A DNA stretch of 64,000 bases, taken from Syntrophales bacterium (lineage in GTDB: Bacteria > Desulfobacterota > Syntrophia > Syntrophales > UBA2210). Each line of letters starts with the position of its first letter. Within the stretch, counting starts at the first letter, position 1. The position numbers were made by a program, and so were the translations under genes. Shown here in pieces: positions 56,251-64,000 of this stretch. Location: contig DAISYQ010000012.1 of the NCBI GenBank assembly GCA_036825195.1, forward strand, positions 1,241-65,240. Direction: 5' to 3'. The notes beneath the pieces were generated by a model that was not told the DNA's origin, did no database searches, and saw only the letters and a program-made list of their open reading frames with translations.

Positions 56251-57717
56251 ATGAAGACATTCAGAATAATTCTTCCCGGCCTCTTGGTTGCTCAGATTAT
56301 AGCTACGCTTCAGGTTTACATCTCTGATATCCATCTGTCCCTGTCCCTCGATGCCATAAAGAGCGCCGGTTATTTCGCCGTTCCCAACCAGTACATAGTG
56401 TCCGGCCTCCGGGAGCTGTCCACGGCCTTCTTCGGCGGTATGTTTTTCACCTTCAGTGCGGGAGTTGGTATCTCACTCCTGGCATTTCTGGCAGCCTGGG
56501 TGTGGGATCGTATCTTCTCGCGCAACAAATTACTCCTGATTCCCTTCCTGGTATTGTGGATATGGGTGATTGCTGAGGTAAACAGCCATGGGGTATGTCT
56601 CATTGTCTCATCCTACTTTTTTGTCATACCACCCATCGTCTTCACGGTCTTCATGAGACGGATATCCGGGGAAAAAGCTCCTTTTAAAGAGGCTGCCTGT
56701 TCGATCCCCCTTTTACTCCTCGCATTGCTCTGGACGCTTCAGATGGGAACCAGCCCGTTCCAGGGTATCAGAGATGTCTATCTCCTTTCCAATTCGTTCG
56801 GTGCTAAGATAAACGATTTCTACTATGCCTATACCCTGTATCCTGCGGAGGTATTCAAGACACAGGAACAGAAGATGCTCAAAACATACAGACTGGAGAA
56901 TGCTAGCGGTATTTCTTTCATGCAATCACTGGAAAGAACGCTGGAGGGTCGAGATTACCTGTATGTGGAAGGGTATGATGATGTTGACCTGACGATAAAG
57001 GATGAAGGAAACGGGACCTTGCTTTTTAAGGACAGAGGCAAAACGATTCTTACAACCAGTCTTGAGGACTTTCTTCTCAAACCGTCAGCCGTGTTACAGG
57101 AGTTTTCAGCCAAAACCGACAGGTATGCATTCTTCCGTCAGTTTACCTTTTTTTCTATTCTCATGGCTTTTCCCATACTCCTGTATATCGTAACATATAC
57201 AGTGATTCATAGAATATTTCGTCTTTTTCTCGATACGAGAGACTCGGTAATTATCACCTCGATAATCTGTTTTTTCATAGGCGTGGCGTTTCTCCTCCCT
57301 CTTGTGGGCATAGGGAAGAACGTCAATACGGGTAATCTGAGCAGTGCTATGGAGTCCGGACAGTGGCGAAATCGAGTCGCTGCCCTGAAAACGATACAGC
57401 AAAAACGGCTTGATATTAGTGCGTTCGGAAACTATAGACCGATGCTCACCTCTCAATATGCGGCTGAGAGATACTGGCTTGCAGACGCTCTGGGGTACAG
57501 CAGGAAACCCGAGGCGTACAGGGACCTGCTGGTTCTTCTGGACGACCCTTCGCCCAATGTGGTCTGCAAGGCATTTGAGGCCCTGGGGAGAAGGGGGGAC
57601 AGGCATGTTGTTCCGGAGATTATGAAGAGGATCGAAGCATCGGATCACTGGTATGAACAGTGGTATGCCTATAAGACCCTGAGGACCCTTGGGTGGAAGC
57701 AAACAAGATCGAAATAA
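56251..57717 (+). CDS. polytopic membrane protein with C-terminal HEAT repeats
   Basis: About 10 predicted TMs, then HEAT/PBS-lyase-like repeats (NRVAALKTIQQ..., SPNVVCKAFEALGRRGDRHVVPEIMKRI). The ORF track begins at a GTG at 56236. Confidence 0.7.
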   Translation: MKTFRIILPGLLVAQIIATLQVYISDIHLSLSLDAIKSAGYFAVPNQYIVSGLRELSTAFFGGMFFTFSAGVGISLLAFLAAWVWDRIFSRNKLLLIPFLVLWIWVIAEVNSHGVCLIVSSYFFVIPPIVFTVFMRRISGEKAPFKEAACSIPLLLLALLWTLQMGTSPFQGIRDVYLLSNSFGAKINDFYYAYTLYPAEVFKTQEQKMLKTYRLENASGISFMQSLERTLEGRDYLYVEGYDDVDLTIKDEGNGTLLFKDRGKTILTTSLEDFLLKPSAVLQEFSAKTDRYAFFRQFTFFSILMAFPILLYIVTYTVIHRIFRLFLDTRDSVIITSIICFFIGVAFLLPLVGIGKNVNTGNLSSAMESGQWRNRVAALKTIQQKRLDISAFGNYRPMLTSQYAAERYWLADALGYSRKPEAYRDLLVLLDDPSPNVVCKAFEALGRRGDRHVVPEIMKRIEASDHWYEQWYAYKTLRTLGWKQTRSK

Positions 57718-58346
57718 AACTACTGGCAGTCATCATTGCCGCCGTTGTTCTTACGGAGGCAATAACGAGATGCATGCTTCTGATGGAAACGTATCATCCC
57801 ATGATTATCATGGGGGCGGCCCGCATCACCGGGATAGTGCTGATTGTTCTGATTGTGCTCCTGTGGGGAAGGGGTATGTCGTCCATAGGGCTGTCACCTC
57901 CTGCCATAATGCCCGGGCTGAAAACGGGCCTGCTGTGGTCGGCCCTTCTGGGGGCGGTTACCCTCCTTGTTTTTGCGGGATTATTCGTAGCCGGGATCGA
58001 TCCCATGTCATTGATTCGGGCCGATTTGCCGTCAGGACGTAAAGACATCCTCCTCTTTTTTGCCGTGGGAGCCGTTATAGCCCCCGTGGCGGAAGAAGTC
58101 TTTTTCCGGGGGGTGTTGTATGGGTTTTTCAGGAGATGGGGTGTAGTGGTCGCCCTTGTCATCAGCACGGTGCTGTTTGTTATGGTGCATCCCATCGGTT
58201 CCGGTGTGCCGTGGCCACAGATTGCGGGGGGCGTACTCTTTGCGGCAGCATACGAGACCGCGGGAAGCCTGGCGGCGCCTATGGTCATTCACATCCTGGG
58301 AAATCTTGCCATCTTCACCCTGTCGCTCATATCCGGCATGTCTTAA
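57693..58346 (+). CDS. CPBP family intramembrane glutamic endopeptidase (CAAX protease-like)
   Basis: 217-aa polytopic ORF with the three CPBP motifs EEVFFRG, FVMVH and HILGN. It overlaps the HEAT gene by 25 nt. Confidence 0.85.
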   Translation: MEANKIEIKLLAVIIAAVVLTEAITRCMLLMETYHPMIIMGAARITGIVLIVLIVLLWGRGMSSIGLSPPAIMPGLKTGLLWSALLGAVTLLVFAGLFVAGIDPMSLIRADLPSGRKDILLFFAVGAVIAPVAEEVFFRGVLYGFFRRWGVVVALVISTVLFVMVHPIGSGVPWPQIAGGVLFAAAYETAGSLAAPMVIHILGNLAIFTLSLISGMS

Positions 58347-58377
58347 GTAGGAATCTGCCCTCTGTGTCTGAAGAACT

Positions 58378-58881
58378 CTATCTGTAATCGTCATACACCC
58401 TGATGCGGCTGAGGAAGGGCTCGAAGATCAGTGTGCGATGTCTGTCCTTTTTGGCAAGATGCAGTACCGTCGGCTGCACGTAGCCTTTTCTGAAGAACCG
58501 TATGTCGAACCCCCCGTCGGTGGTTTTTTCCTCCTTAAACCGGAAGATATCTTCCACTATCACTCCATCGGGGAGTTGGTAGGCACGGTTCCGTATCGTA
58601 TCCAAGGCTTCAGGAGTTGCATCTGCGCTGTATGCGTAGATACGACGGTTGTCGAGATCCAGGTGCAGGATGTAATCAACCTGGTTGCGGATTGCGTCGC
58701 TGCGCAGTTCATCGCCCCTATTAACCAGATGGTTTGAAGCCGATTGTAAGCCGTCGTTGAGCAGGCTATCGCGGACCCTGGGGACGGCTATCAGCATCAT
58801 CAATCCTATGAGGAGCACGACAACGGAAAGCTCTATTAAGGTAAATCCGCTGTTACTCCGTATCCCAGTTCGTAATGTCAC
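58378..58881 (-). CDS. gspH: type II secretion system minor pseudopilin GspH
   Basis: Prepilin motif [25 protein letters not shown] prefer the in-frame GTG at 58881, giving (M)[20 protein letters not shown] 58920 is an alternative. The 256-aa track ORF overlaps gspG. Confidence 0.65.
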   Translation of the reverse strand: MTLRTGIRSNSGFTLIELSVVVLLIGLMMLIAVPRVRDSLLNDGLQSASNHLVNRGDELRSDAIRNQVDYILHLDLDNRRIYAYSADATPEALDTIRNRAYQLPDGVIVEDIFRFKEEKTTDGGFDIRFFRKGYVQPTVLHLAKKDRHRTLIFEPFLSRIRVYDDYR

Positions 58882-59287
58882 TGTTTTTACCGTCGCCGCC
58901 CGGCTCACCGTCGGCCCCATAGGATATGATGTCGTAGTCTCCTTTTGTTCCCGGGGACAGGTAGAGGTAGTCGTTATCCCAGGGGTCTCTCGGAATCTTT
59001 CCCTTTTCAAGGTACCCGCCCTCCCGCCATTTTTTGGCGAGTTCCCCCACTTCGGGGGGCTCGACGAGCGCTTGCAGACCCTGCTCCGTGGTGGGATAGT
59101 TTCCGTTATCGAGCTTGTAGAGTTTGAGGGCCGTTTCCAGGCTTTCAATCTGTATCCGGGCTTTTGCCTGTCTCGCCTCGTCGGGTCTGCTCATGATTCT
59201 GGGCATGATCAGTCCCGCAAGGATGCCGAGAATCACTATGACAACCATCAATTCAATCAGCGTAAAACCATTGTCATTTCTTCTCAT
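58853..59287 (-). CDS. gspG: type II secretion system major pseudopilin GspG
   Basis: 144-aa [64 protein letters not shown] is a hallmark GspG sequence. Confidence 0.93.
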   Translation of the reverse strand: MRRNDNGFTLIELMVVIVILGILAGLIMPRIMSRPDEARQAKARIQIESLETALKLYKLDNGNYPTTEQGLQALVEPPEVGELAKKWREGGYLEKGKIPRDPWDNDYLYLSPGTKGDYDIISYGADGEPGGDGKNSDITNWDTE

Positions 59288-59319
59288 TACCGTCTTCTCC
59301 TCGCCGGTTTCCGGTGTGA

Positions 59320-60549
59320 TTACCGTATTAATTGATTCATCTCGTAGATCGGAAGTAATATGGAAACGACTATGATGCCCACCAGGAGACCCATGATAAG
59401 GATCATAATCGGTTCCAGCATGGATGTCATGATCATGATGCCCGACTCCACCTCTGTTTCATAACTGGCGGCAATCTTGGAGAGCATCTGTTCCAATGTC
59501 CCGCTTTGTTCGCCCATGGAGATCATCTGGATCGCAAAGGGAGGAAAGAGACCGCTCTTCGAGAGGGCCGCGGACAGGCTCTGCCCCTCTTCCACATCCC
59601 TGGCCGCCTCCTCGAGTGCATCCGCTATCAGGGTATTATCCGCCACGTTCTTTGCGATGGCGAGGGCTGTCAGAAGGGGGACCCCGCTCCGTAGAAGGGT
59701 GGCGAGTGTCTGGCTCAGACGTGCCACGACCATTTTATGAATCATGGGGCCAATCAGCGGCATCCCTATCTTCATCCTGTCCCACAGATATCGTCCCTTT
59801 CGAGTTCGTTTGAACGCATAGGCAAGCCCTCCGTACAGGGCGATGGCGATCAGAAGTATGATGAGCCAGAACGATCTCAGAAAACCGCTGAAAGAGATCA
59901 GGAGGACCGTTATGCCGGGAAGGGTCTGATGCATCTCGTCAAATATATGTGTAATCTTGGGGACAATAAAGGTGGTGAGAAAAAAGAGAACGGCGCTGCC
60001 TATGAAGAACATAAAGAGCGGGTAGGCGAGAGCAGCCTTTATTTTTCCTCTGACGGCCTGCTGATTTTCGTTGAAGTCCGCCAGTCGTTCGAGGACGATA
60101 TCGAGTGTTCCCGATGCCTCGCCGGCACGAATCATATTGATGTAAAAAGGGGAAAAGGTTCCGGGGTACTGGGAGGCGCTTTGTGCCAGACTGTTCCCCT
60201 CATTGACCCCTTCCTTGATCTGGGCCAGAGTTTTTTTCAGTTGCGTGTTAACGGTCTGGGAAGTGATGGCCACTAATGAGGCTACGAGGGGTATCCCGGC
60301 GCCGAGAAGCGTGGCCAGCTGCCTGGTCATAACGGATATATCACGCTGACTTACCCGCTTGAACGGATTGCCGACGGATCTTTTATACGATGTCTCCTGT
60401 CTTTCCCCTGACGATGTTTCAATCAGATCAATGGGAAACTTATTGCTCTCTCTCAATTTTTGCCGTGCTGCCAGAGTGCTCTCGGCATCAATGATACCCT
60501 TCAGCTTCTTGCCCTTGATACTCAGGGCATGATATTCATAGACAGGCAT
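59320..60549 (-). CDS. gspF: type II secretion system inner-membrane platform protein GspF
   Basis: 409-aa ORF with duplicated GspF domains and 3 TMs. It begins [24 protein letters not shown]. Confidence 0.92.
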   Translation of the reverse strand: MPVYEYHALSIKGKKLKGIIDAESTLAARQKLRESNKFPIDLIETSSGERQETSYKRSVGNPFKRVSQRDISVMTRQLATLLGAGIPLVASLVAITSQTVNTQLKKTLAQIKEGVNEGNSLAQSASQYPGTFSPFYINMIRAGEASGTLDIVLERLADFNENQQAVRGKIKAALAYPLFMFFIGSAVLFFLTTFIVPKITHIFDEMHQTLPGITVLLISFSGFLRSFWLIILLIAIALYGGLAYAFKRTRKGRYLWDRMKIGMPLIGPMIHKMVVARLSQTLATLLRSGVPLLTALAIAKNVADNTLIADALEEAARDVEEGQSLSAALSKSGLFPPFAIQMISMGEQSGTLEQMLSKIAASYETEVESGIMIMTSMLEPIMILIMGLLVGIIVVSILLPIYEMNQLIR

Positions 60550-60865
60550 GTGAGAATAGTATTTCCCTTATCCCAGCGTTATGTGTGAATTTTCCATTCA
60601 TATATCTTCCTACCATATCGGATGCCCTATTTCAATATTGCCGGAAGGGACACGATTTCGCCTCGTGGTATGTGTGTATTGATCAAAGATATGGTGCCGG
60701 CGGTGCAAAACTCATCGTCACGGCTGTGTTGCCTAAACGAAGAAACGGTTCCCCTGAGGGTATTTCCTTCTTACCAATCAGCACATATTCATTTCTTGAG
60801 GGGATCTGTTTATGCGATTGTTTCAGGTCAGAGTATCGGCATGGTGATCGGAGGATGGCGATCGA

Positions 60866-61924
60866 TTATAGCTCACCCCGGAGTTCGGCAAATTCCCGGA
60901 GGAGTTTTTCCTCTTTTTTGCTCAGACCCGTCGGTATCTCTACTGTAACCTGAACGATCTGATCTCCTCTTCCGAATCCTCTGAGATGGGGAATCCCCTT
61001 GCCTTTCAGCCTGAATATCTTGCCGTGGGGGGTATTCCTGGGTATTTTGATCCGTTCCGTCCCCTCAAGGGTGGCAACTTCGACATTGCCGCCGAGCACG
61101 GCCCGGGTCATAGGTATGGTTATGCGGCAGATGATATCGTTGCCATCCCTTTCAAAGAATTCGTGGGATTCTATGAATATAAAGACATAGAGGTCTCCGC
61201 TGGGTCCGCCGAATTCTCCATCTTCACCCTCACCGCGGAGCCTCAGGCGTGAACCGGTTTCCACACCGGGTGGTATCTTGATCTGTAAAGATTTTCGTAC
61301 CTTCGTTTTGCCCGTCCCGCGACAGGCCCTGCACGGCTTCTCTATTATCCTGCCTTCGCCGTGACACTGGGGGCAGGCGGATCTGACACTGAAGAAACCG
61401 CTTGATCTGGTTACCTGTCCTACCCCGCGGCACATCGGGCACACCACCGGCTGAGTTCCCGGAGCGGCGCCACTACCGTCGCATTCGGTACACTTTTCAA
61501 GTCGTTCTATCTCTATTTCAGGGGATGTTCCGAACGCTGCTTCCATGAACGAGATTTTCAGGTCGTACCGGAGATCGGAACCCTGTCGGGCGGCAGTTCC
61601 AGATCGTGTCCTGCCTGAGGAGAAACCAAAGACATCCTCGAATATATCGCCGAAGCTTGAGAAGATATCCTCGAAGCCTCTAAATCCCTGAAAGCCGTTC
61701 CCCTTCAGTCCCTCATGTCCGTATCTGTCGTAGATTTCCCTCTTTCTCGGGTCGGACAGAACTTCGTAAGCCTCAGCGGCCTCCTTGAATTTTTCCTCGG
61801 ATGCCTTATCCCCCGGATTCCTGTCGGGATGATATTTCAAGGCCATCTTTCTATAGGCGACCTTTATCTCATCACTTGCGGCGTTGATCTCCACGCCGAG
61901 GGTTGCATAATAATCGTTCTTCAT
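60866..61924 (-). CDS. dnaJ: DnaJ-class molecular chaperone (type I, with zinc-finger domain)
   Basis: J domain with HPD ([13 protein letters not shown]), a G/F-rich linker and four CxxCxGxG repeats ([32 protein letters not shown]). No dnaK or grpE is adjacent. Confidence 0.8.
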   Translation of the reverse strand: MKNDYYATLGVEINAASDEIKVAYRKMALKYHPDRNPGDKASEEKFKEAAEAYEVLSDPRKREIYDRYGHEGLKGNGFQGFRGFEDIFSSFGDIFEDVFGFSSGRTRSGTAARQGSDLRYDLKISFMEAAFGTSPEIEIERLEKCTECDGSGAAPGTQPVVCPMCRGVGQVTRSSGFFSVRSACPQCHGEGRIIEKPCRACRGTGKTKVRKSLQIKIPPGVETGSRLRLRGEGEDGEFGGPSGDLYVFIFIESHEFFERDGNDIICRITIPMTRAVLGGNVEVATLEGTERIKIPRNTPHGKIFRLKGKGIPHLRGFGRGDQIVQVTVEIPTGLSKKEEKLLREFAELRGEL

Positions 61925-62040
61925 AATCTACAGCATTATAGAATGCGGATTTCCGTTCGATAGGTAAATTCACTGTTCGCAGGATGTACAAACGACAGTT
62001 TTAAGTTAGTAACTGTTTGCCGCATGTCAAGTGTGGTGCC

Positions 62041-62937
62041 TTACGAAAGGTCGTGTCCCGAAATACGCCTCAGGGCTTCTTTATATTTACCCTTCGTTTC
62101 GGCAATAACATGTTCCGGCAATTGGGGGGCGGGAGGTTTCTTACCCCATTGTATGGAGAGAAGATAGTCTCTCAGGAATTGCTTGTCAAAACTCTTCTGC
62201 GGTCTGCCTTCCTTAAAATCATCTTCAGGCCAGAATCTTGACGAATCAGGTGTCAGAAGTTCGTCGATCAGTATCAATTCGCCGTCGATCGTCCCAAATT
62301 CCATCTTCGTGTCGGCGATGATGATTCCGCCTTTCTGGGCGATTCCGAGCGCCCTACTGTAGATCCTCATGCTGATATCGATAATTCTGTCGGTCATATC
62401 ACGACCGATCAGGTTTTCCATCTCCTCCTTTGAGATGGGCGCATCGTGTTCCCCTTCACCGGCCTTGGTTGAAGGTGTGAAGATAGGATACGGGAGTTTT
62501 GCCGATTCTTTCAACCCTCCGGGAAGGCGAATCCCCGAAACAACCCCTTCTGCACAGTAATCTTTCCAACCCGAACCGCTCAGGTATCCCCGGACAACAC
62601 ATTCGACTGGCAGGGCGACAGCCTTTTTGACCAGCATGCTTCTTCCTCTCAGCATGTCCCTGTAAGGACTACATTCTTCGGGAAACGCATCCACATCCGT
62701 CGAGATTACATGGTTGGGTACGATGTCTTTCATCTCGTTGAACCAGAAGGCGGACATCTGTGTCAGAATCTTTCCCTTATCCGGAACGGGATCGGTCATG
62801 ATGACATCAAAGGCCGATATCCTGTCCGTTGCGACGATAAGGAGGTTGTCTCCGACCTCGTATACATCCCGTACCTTACCCCTGCTGAAAAGTTTTAGCC
62901 CTGCGAGGTCTGTCTTGATGATAGCGTTGTTATCCAC
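62041..62937 (-). CDS. purC: phosphoribosylaminoimidazole-succinocarboxamide synthase
   Basis: 298-aa long-form SAICAR synthetase with GKVRDVYEV, ATDRISAFD and ILIDELLTPDSSRFW. Confidence 0.93.
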   Translation of the reverse strand: MDNNAIIKTDLAGLKLFSRGKVRDVYEVGDNLLIVATDRISAFDVIMTDPVPDKGKILTQMSAFWFNEMKDIVPNHVISTDVDAFPEECSPYRDMLRGRSMLVKKAVALPVECVVRGYLSGSGWKDYCAEGVVSGIRLPGGLKESAKLPYPIFTPSTKAGEGEHDAPISKEEMENLIGRDMTDRIIDISMRIYSRALGIAQKGGIIIADTKMEFGTIDGELILIDELLTPDSSRFWPEDDFKEGRPQKSFDKQFLRDYLLSIQWGKKPPAPQLPEHVIAETKGKYKEALRRISGHDLS

Positions 62938-62953
62938 GGGTGATCTCCCTTTT

Positions 62954-63601
62954 TTATCCCAAGAAGGGATTGTTCTCTTTTTCGTTCTCTATGGTTGATG
63001 TTGGCGTCCTTCCGTAGTTGTGGCCAGGCAATACAACGGTGTCACCGGGAAGTGTCAACAGTTTATTCATGATTGACGCATGCATGACGTTCCATGATCC
63101 GCCCGGAAGGTCTGTCCTTCCCAGGCCCTCAACGAACAGGGTGTCGCCGGTAAAGACGTACCCGGGGGTATAGAGTGACATGCCGCCCGGCGAGTGGCCG
63201 GGAGTATGTATAACCTTGAGACTGATCTTACCGATTGTAATCAGGTCACCGTCCTGCACGGTACTGTCTGCCGGGGGAGAGGGCTTGGCGTGGAACATGC
63301 GAAGTACCATGGAAGGTGTTGAAACAAGCATGTCGGCATCGTCCTTGTGGATGATGATGTCGGCCCCCGTTAGAGCCTTCATGTCGGCGTTGCCTGAGAT
63401 ATGATCGACATGTCCATGGGTGTTGACGATATATTTTATGGTGATACCGTTGCTGTCGGCTTCTGATTTTATGCGTTCAATCTCTTCGGCGGGGTCGATG
63501 ACCAACCCTTCTCCATTCTCCCTGTCACCCACAATATAGGCGAATACCGCCATATGGCCTACCTGCATCTGTCTTAGAAACACCTGTATCCGTCCTCTCA
63601 A
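62954..63601 (-). CDS. MBL-fold metallo-hydrolase
   Basis: HxHxDH motif NTHGHVDHI, then downstream HTPGHSPG and GD..F. The likely true start is the internal ATG at 63568 (MQVGHMAVFAYIVGD). Confidence 0.85.
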   Translation of the reverse strand: MRGRIQVFLRQMQVGHMAVFAYIVGDRENGEGLVIDPAEEIERIKSEADSNGITIKYIVNTHGHVDHISGNADMKALTGADIIIHKDDADMLVSTPSMVLRMFHAKPSPPADSTVQDGDLITIGKISLKVIHTPGHSPGGMSLYTPGYVFTGDTLFVEGLGRTDLPGGSWNVMHASIMNKLLTLPGDTVVLPGHNYGRTPTSTIENEKENNPFLG

Positions 63602-63795
63602 TTGTAATAATAAAGGTTCACTGCTATATTTTTTTCAGTGTAAAGTCAACCTATTTCGGGGAGCTCGATGATCCGTACTTCTTCCCGGTTGCCTTCGGTT
63701 TATGCTTTATGTTTTCTGTATGATATGATATTATACTTATGCCAAAAACCGATGTCATGCATGAACGTGGCCGGATAGCAGGGAGGTGATGGGAT

Positions 63796-64000
63796 ATGCT
63801 GGAACCACGACCGTATATACGGGTGAAATATATAGATGACTCATACGATTACGTTGCCGGGCTTGTGCTCGACAAGCTTATACGAGCTAACAAGATAAAA
63901 CAGTTCTATCGCTATTCCGAGGAAAAGTGGGTCACTCCGGGTGTCGATCCCATACGGGGTATGGGTGGACTATACACGGGTGCAGAGAGAAGAAGAGTTT
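63796..64000 (+). CDS. small conserved hypothetical protein, 3' end outside window
   Basis: ATG lies 9 nt after GGAGG and the frame is open to the window edge. It translates to MLEPRPYIRVKYIDDSYDYVAGLVLDKLIRANKIKQFYRYSEEKWVTPGVDPIRG..., which resembles small proteins I recall from Geobacter-type genomes. It is absent from the ORF track because no stop is reached. Confidence 0.45.
   Translation, partial: MLEPRPYIRVKYIDDSYDYVAGLVLDKLIRANKIKQFYRYSEEKWVTPGVDPIRGMGGLYTGAERRRV

Noticed and set aside
58882-59148. N-terminal 89 codons of the 256-aa track ORF containing GspH
   Set aside because: This part overlaps almost all of gspG in another frame and is Ser/Thr/Pro/Arg-rich. The prepilin motif begins only after the internal GTG 58881 or ATG 58920.
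60692-60707. TGGTGC-N6-TGCA with correct -24/-12 spacing (sigma54-like) upstream of gspF
   Set aside because: It is on the plus strand, pointing away from gspF toward the 3' end of the convergent dnaJ-like gene. There is no plausible downstream target.
1-64000. Scan for CRISPR arrays, tRNA/rRNA genes and IS elements with inverted repeats
   Set aside because: I found no regularly spaced short repeats, no tRNA-like T-arm (GGTTCGAATCC-type) outside coding context, no rRNA-like sequence and no intact transposase ORF. This was a by-eye scan only, so tRNAscan, Infernal and ISfinder should confirm it.

Overview
This is a 64-kb chromosomal window from a Gram-negative bacterium. The gene content looks like an anaerobic deltaproteobacterial (Desulfobacterota-like) lineage: QueH, Rrf2-cydAB, a sigma54 two-component system with a DUF4390 partner, liv-type ABC importers coupled to acyl-CoA ligases, and Gsp secretion genes. 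Taxonomy cannot be verified here. Most of the window is dense, ordinary coding sequence at roughly 50-58% GC in the lines I counted. Gene order: yebC (3' end)-ruvCAB, queH, lpxC, a DUF4390-ntrY/ntrX-like system, a lipoprotein, an M23 peptidase, purF, carB, tetR plus an RND efflux operon, and prpE plus an ATP-grasp protein. Next come padR, an SDR, and a 9-gene liv-type ABC uptake/acyl-CoA ligase operon with two tandem near-identical binding-protein genes, then epmA. An insertion hot spot lies between epmA and efp. After efp comes a type II secretion cluster: gspE, gspD, TPR/exeA, gspC, N, M, L, K, J, I, then a HEAT membrane protein and a CPBP protease on the other strand, then gspH, G, F. The window ends with a DnaJ-type chaperone, purC, an MBL hydrolase and a truncated small ORF. 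I recognised no rRNA, tRNA or CRISPR array by eye. The stand-out region is 36.3-43.8 kb. There, rrf2-cydAB is bracketed by ~0.2-kb direct repeats of the epmA 5' end, and the second copy is a 35-codon pseudogene stub. Next to it lies a ~3.7-kb sharply AT-rich island (about 30% GC in sampled lines) with tyrosine-recombinase debris at its efp-proximal edge. The island carries a tight three-gene operon whose products read like an ExbB/MotA-type channel, an ExbD/TolR-type subunit with the TM aspartate, and a small lipoprotein-like membrane protein. No TonB, TolA, peptidoglycan-anchor or flagellar partner is present. The island also carries a translationally coupled pair: a 2-TM protein and a small soluble protein. 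I treat this as a candidate undescribed stator-driven accessory or defence module, possibly analogous to Zorya. All fold assignments come from motif reading only and need HMM and structure confirmation.
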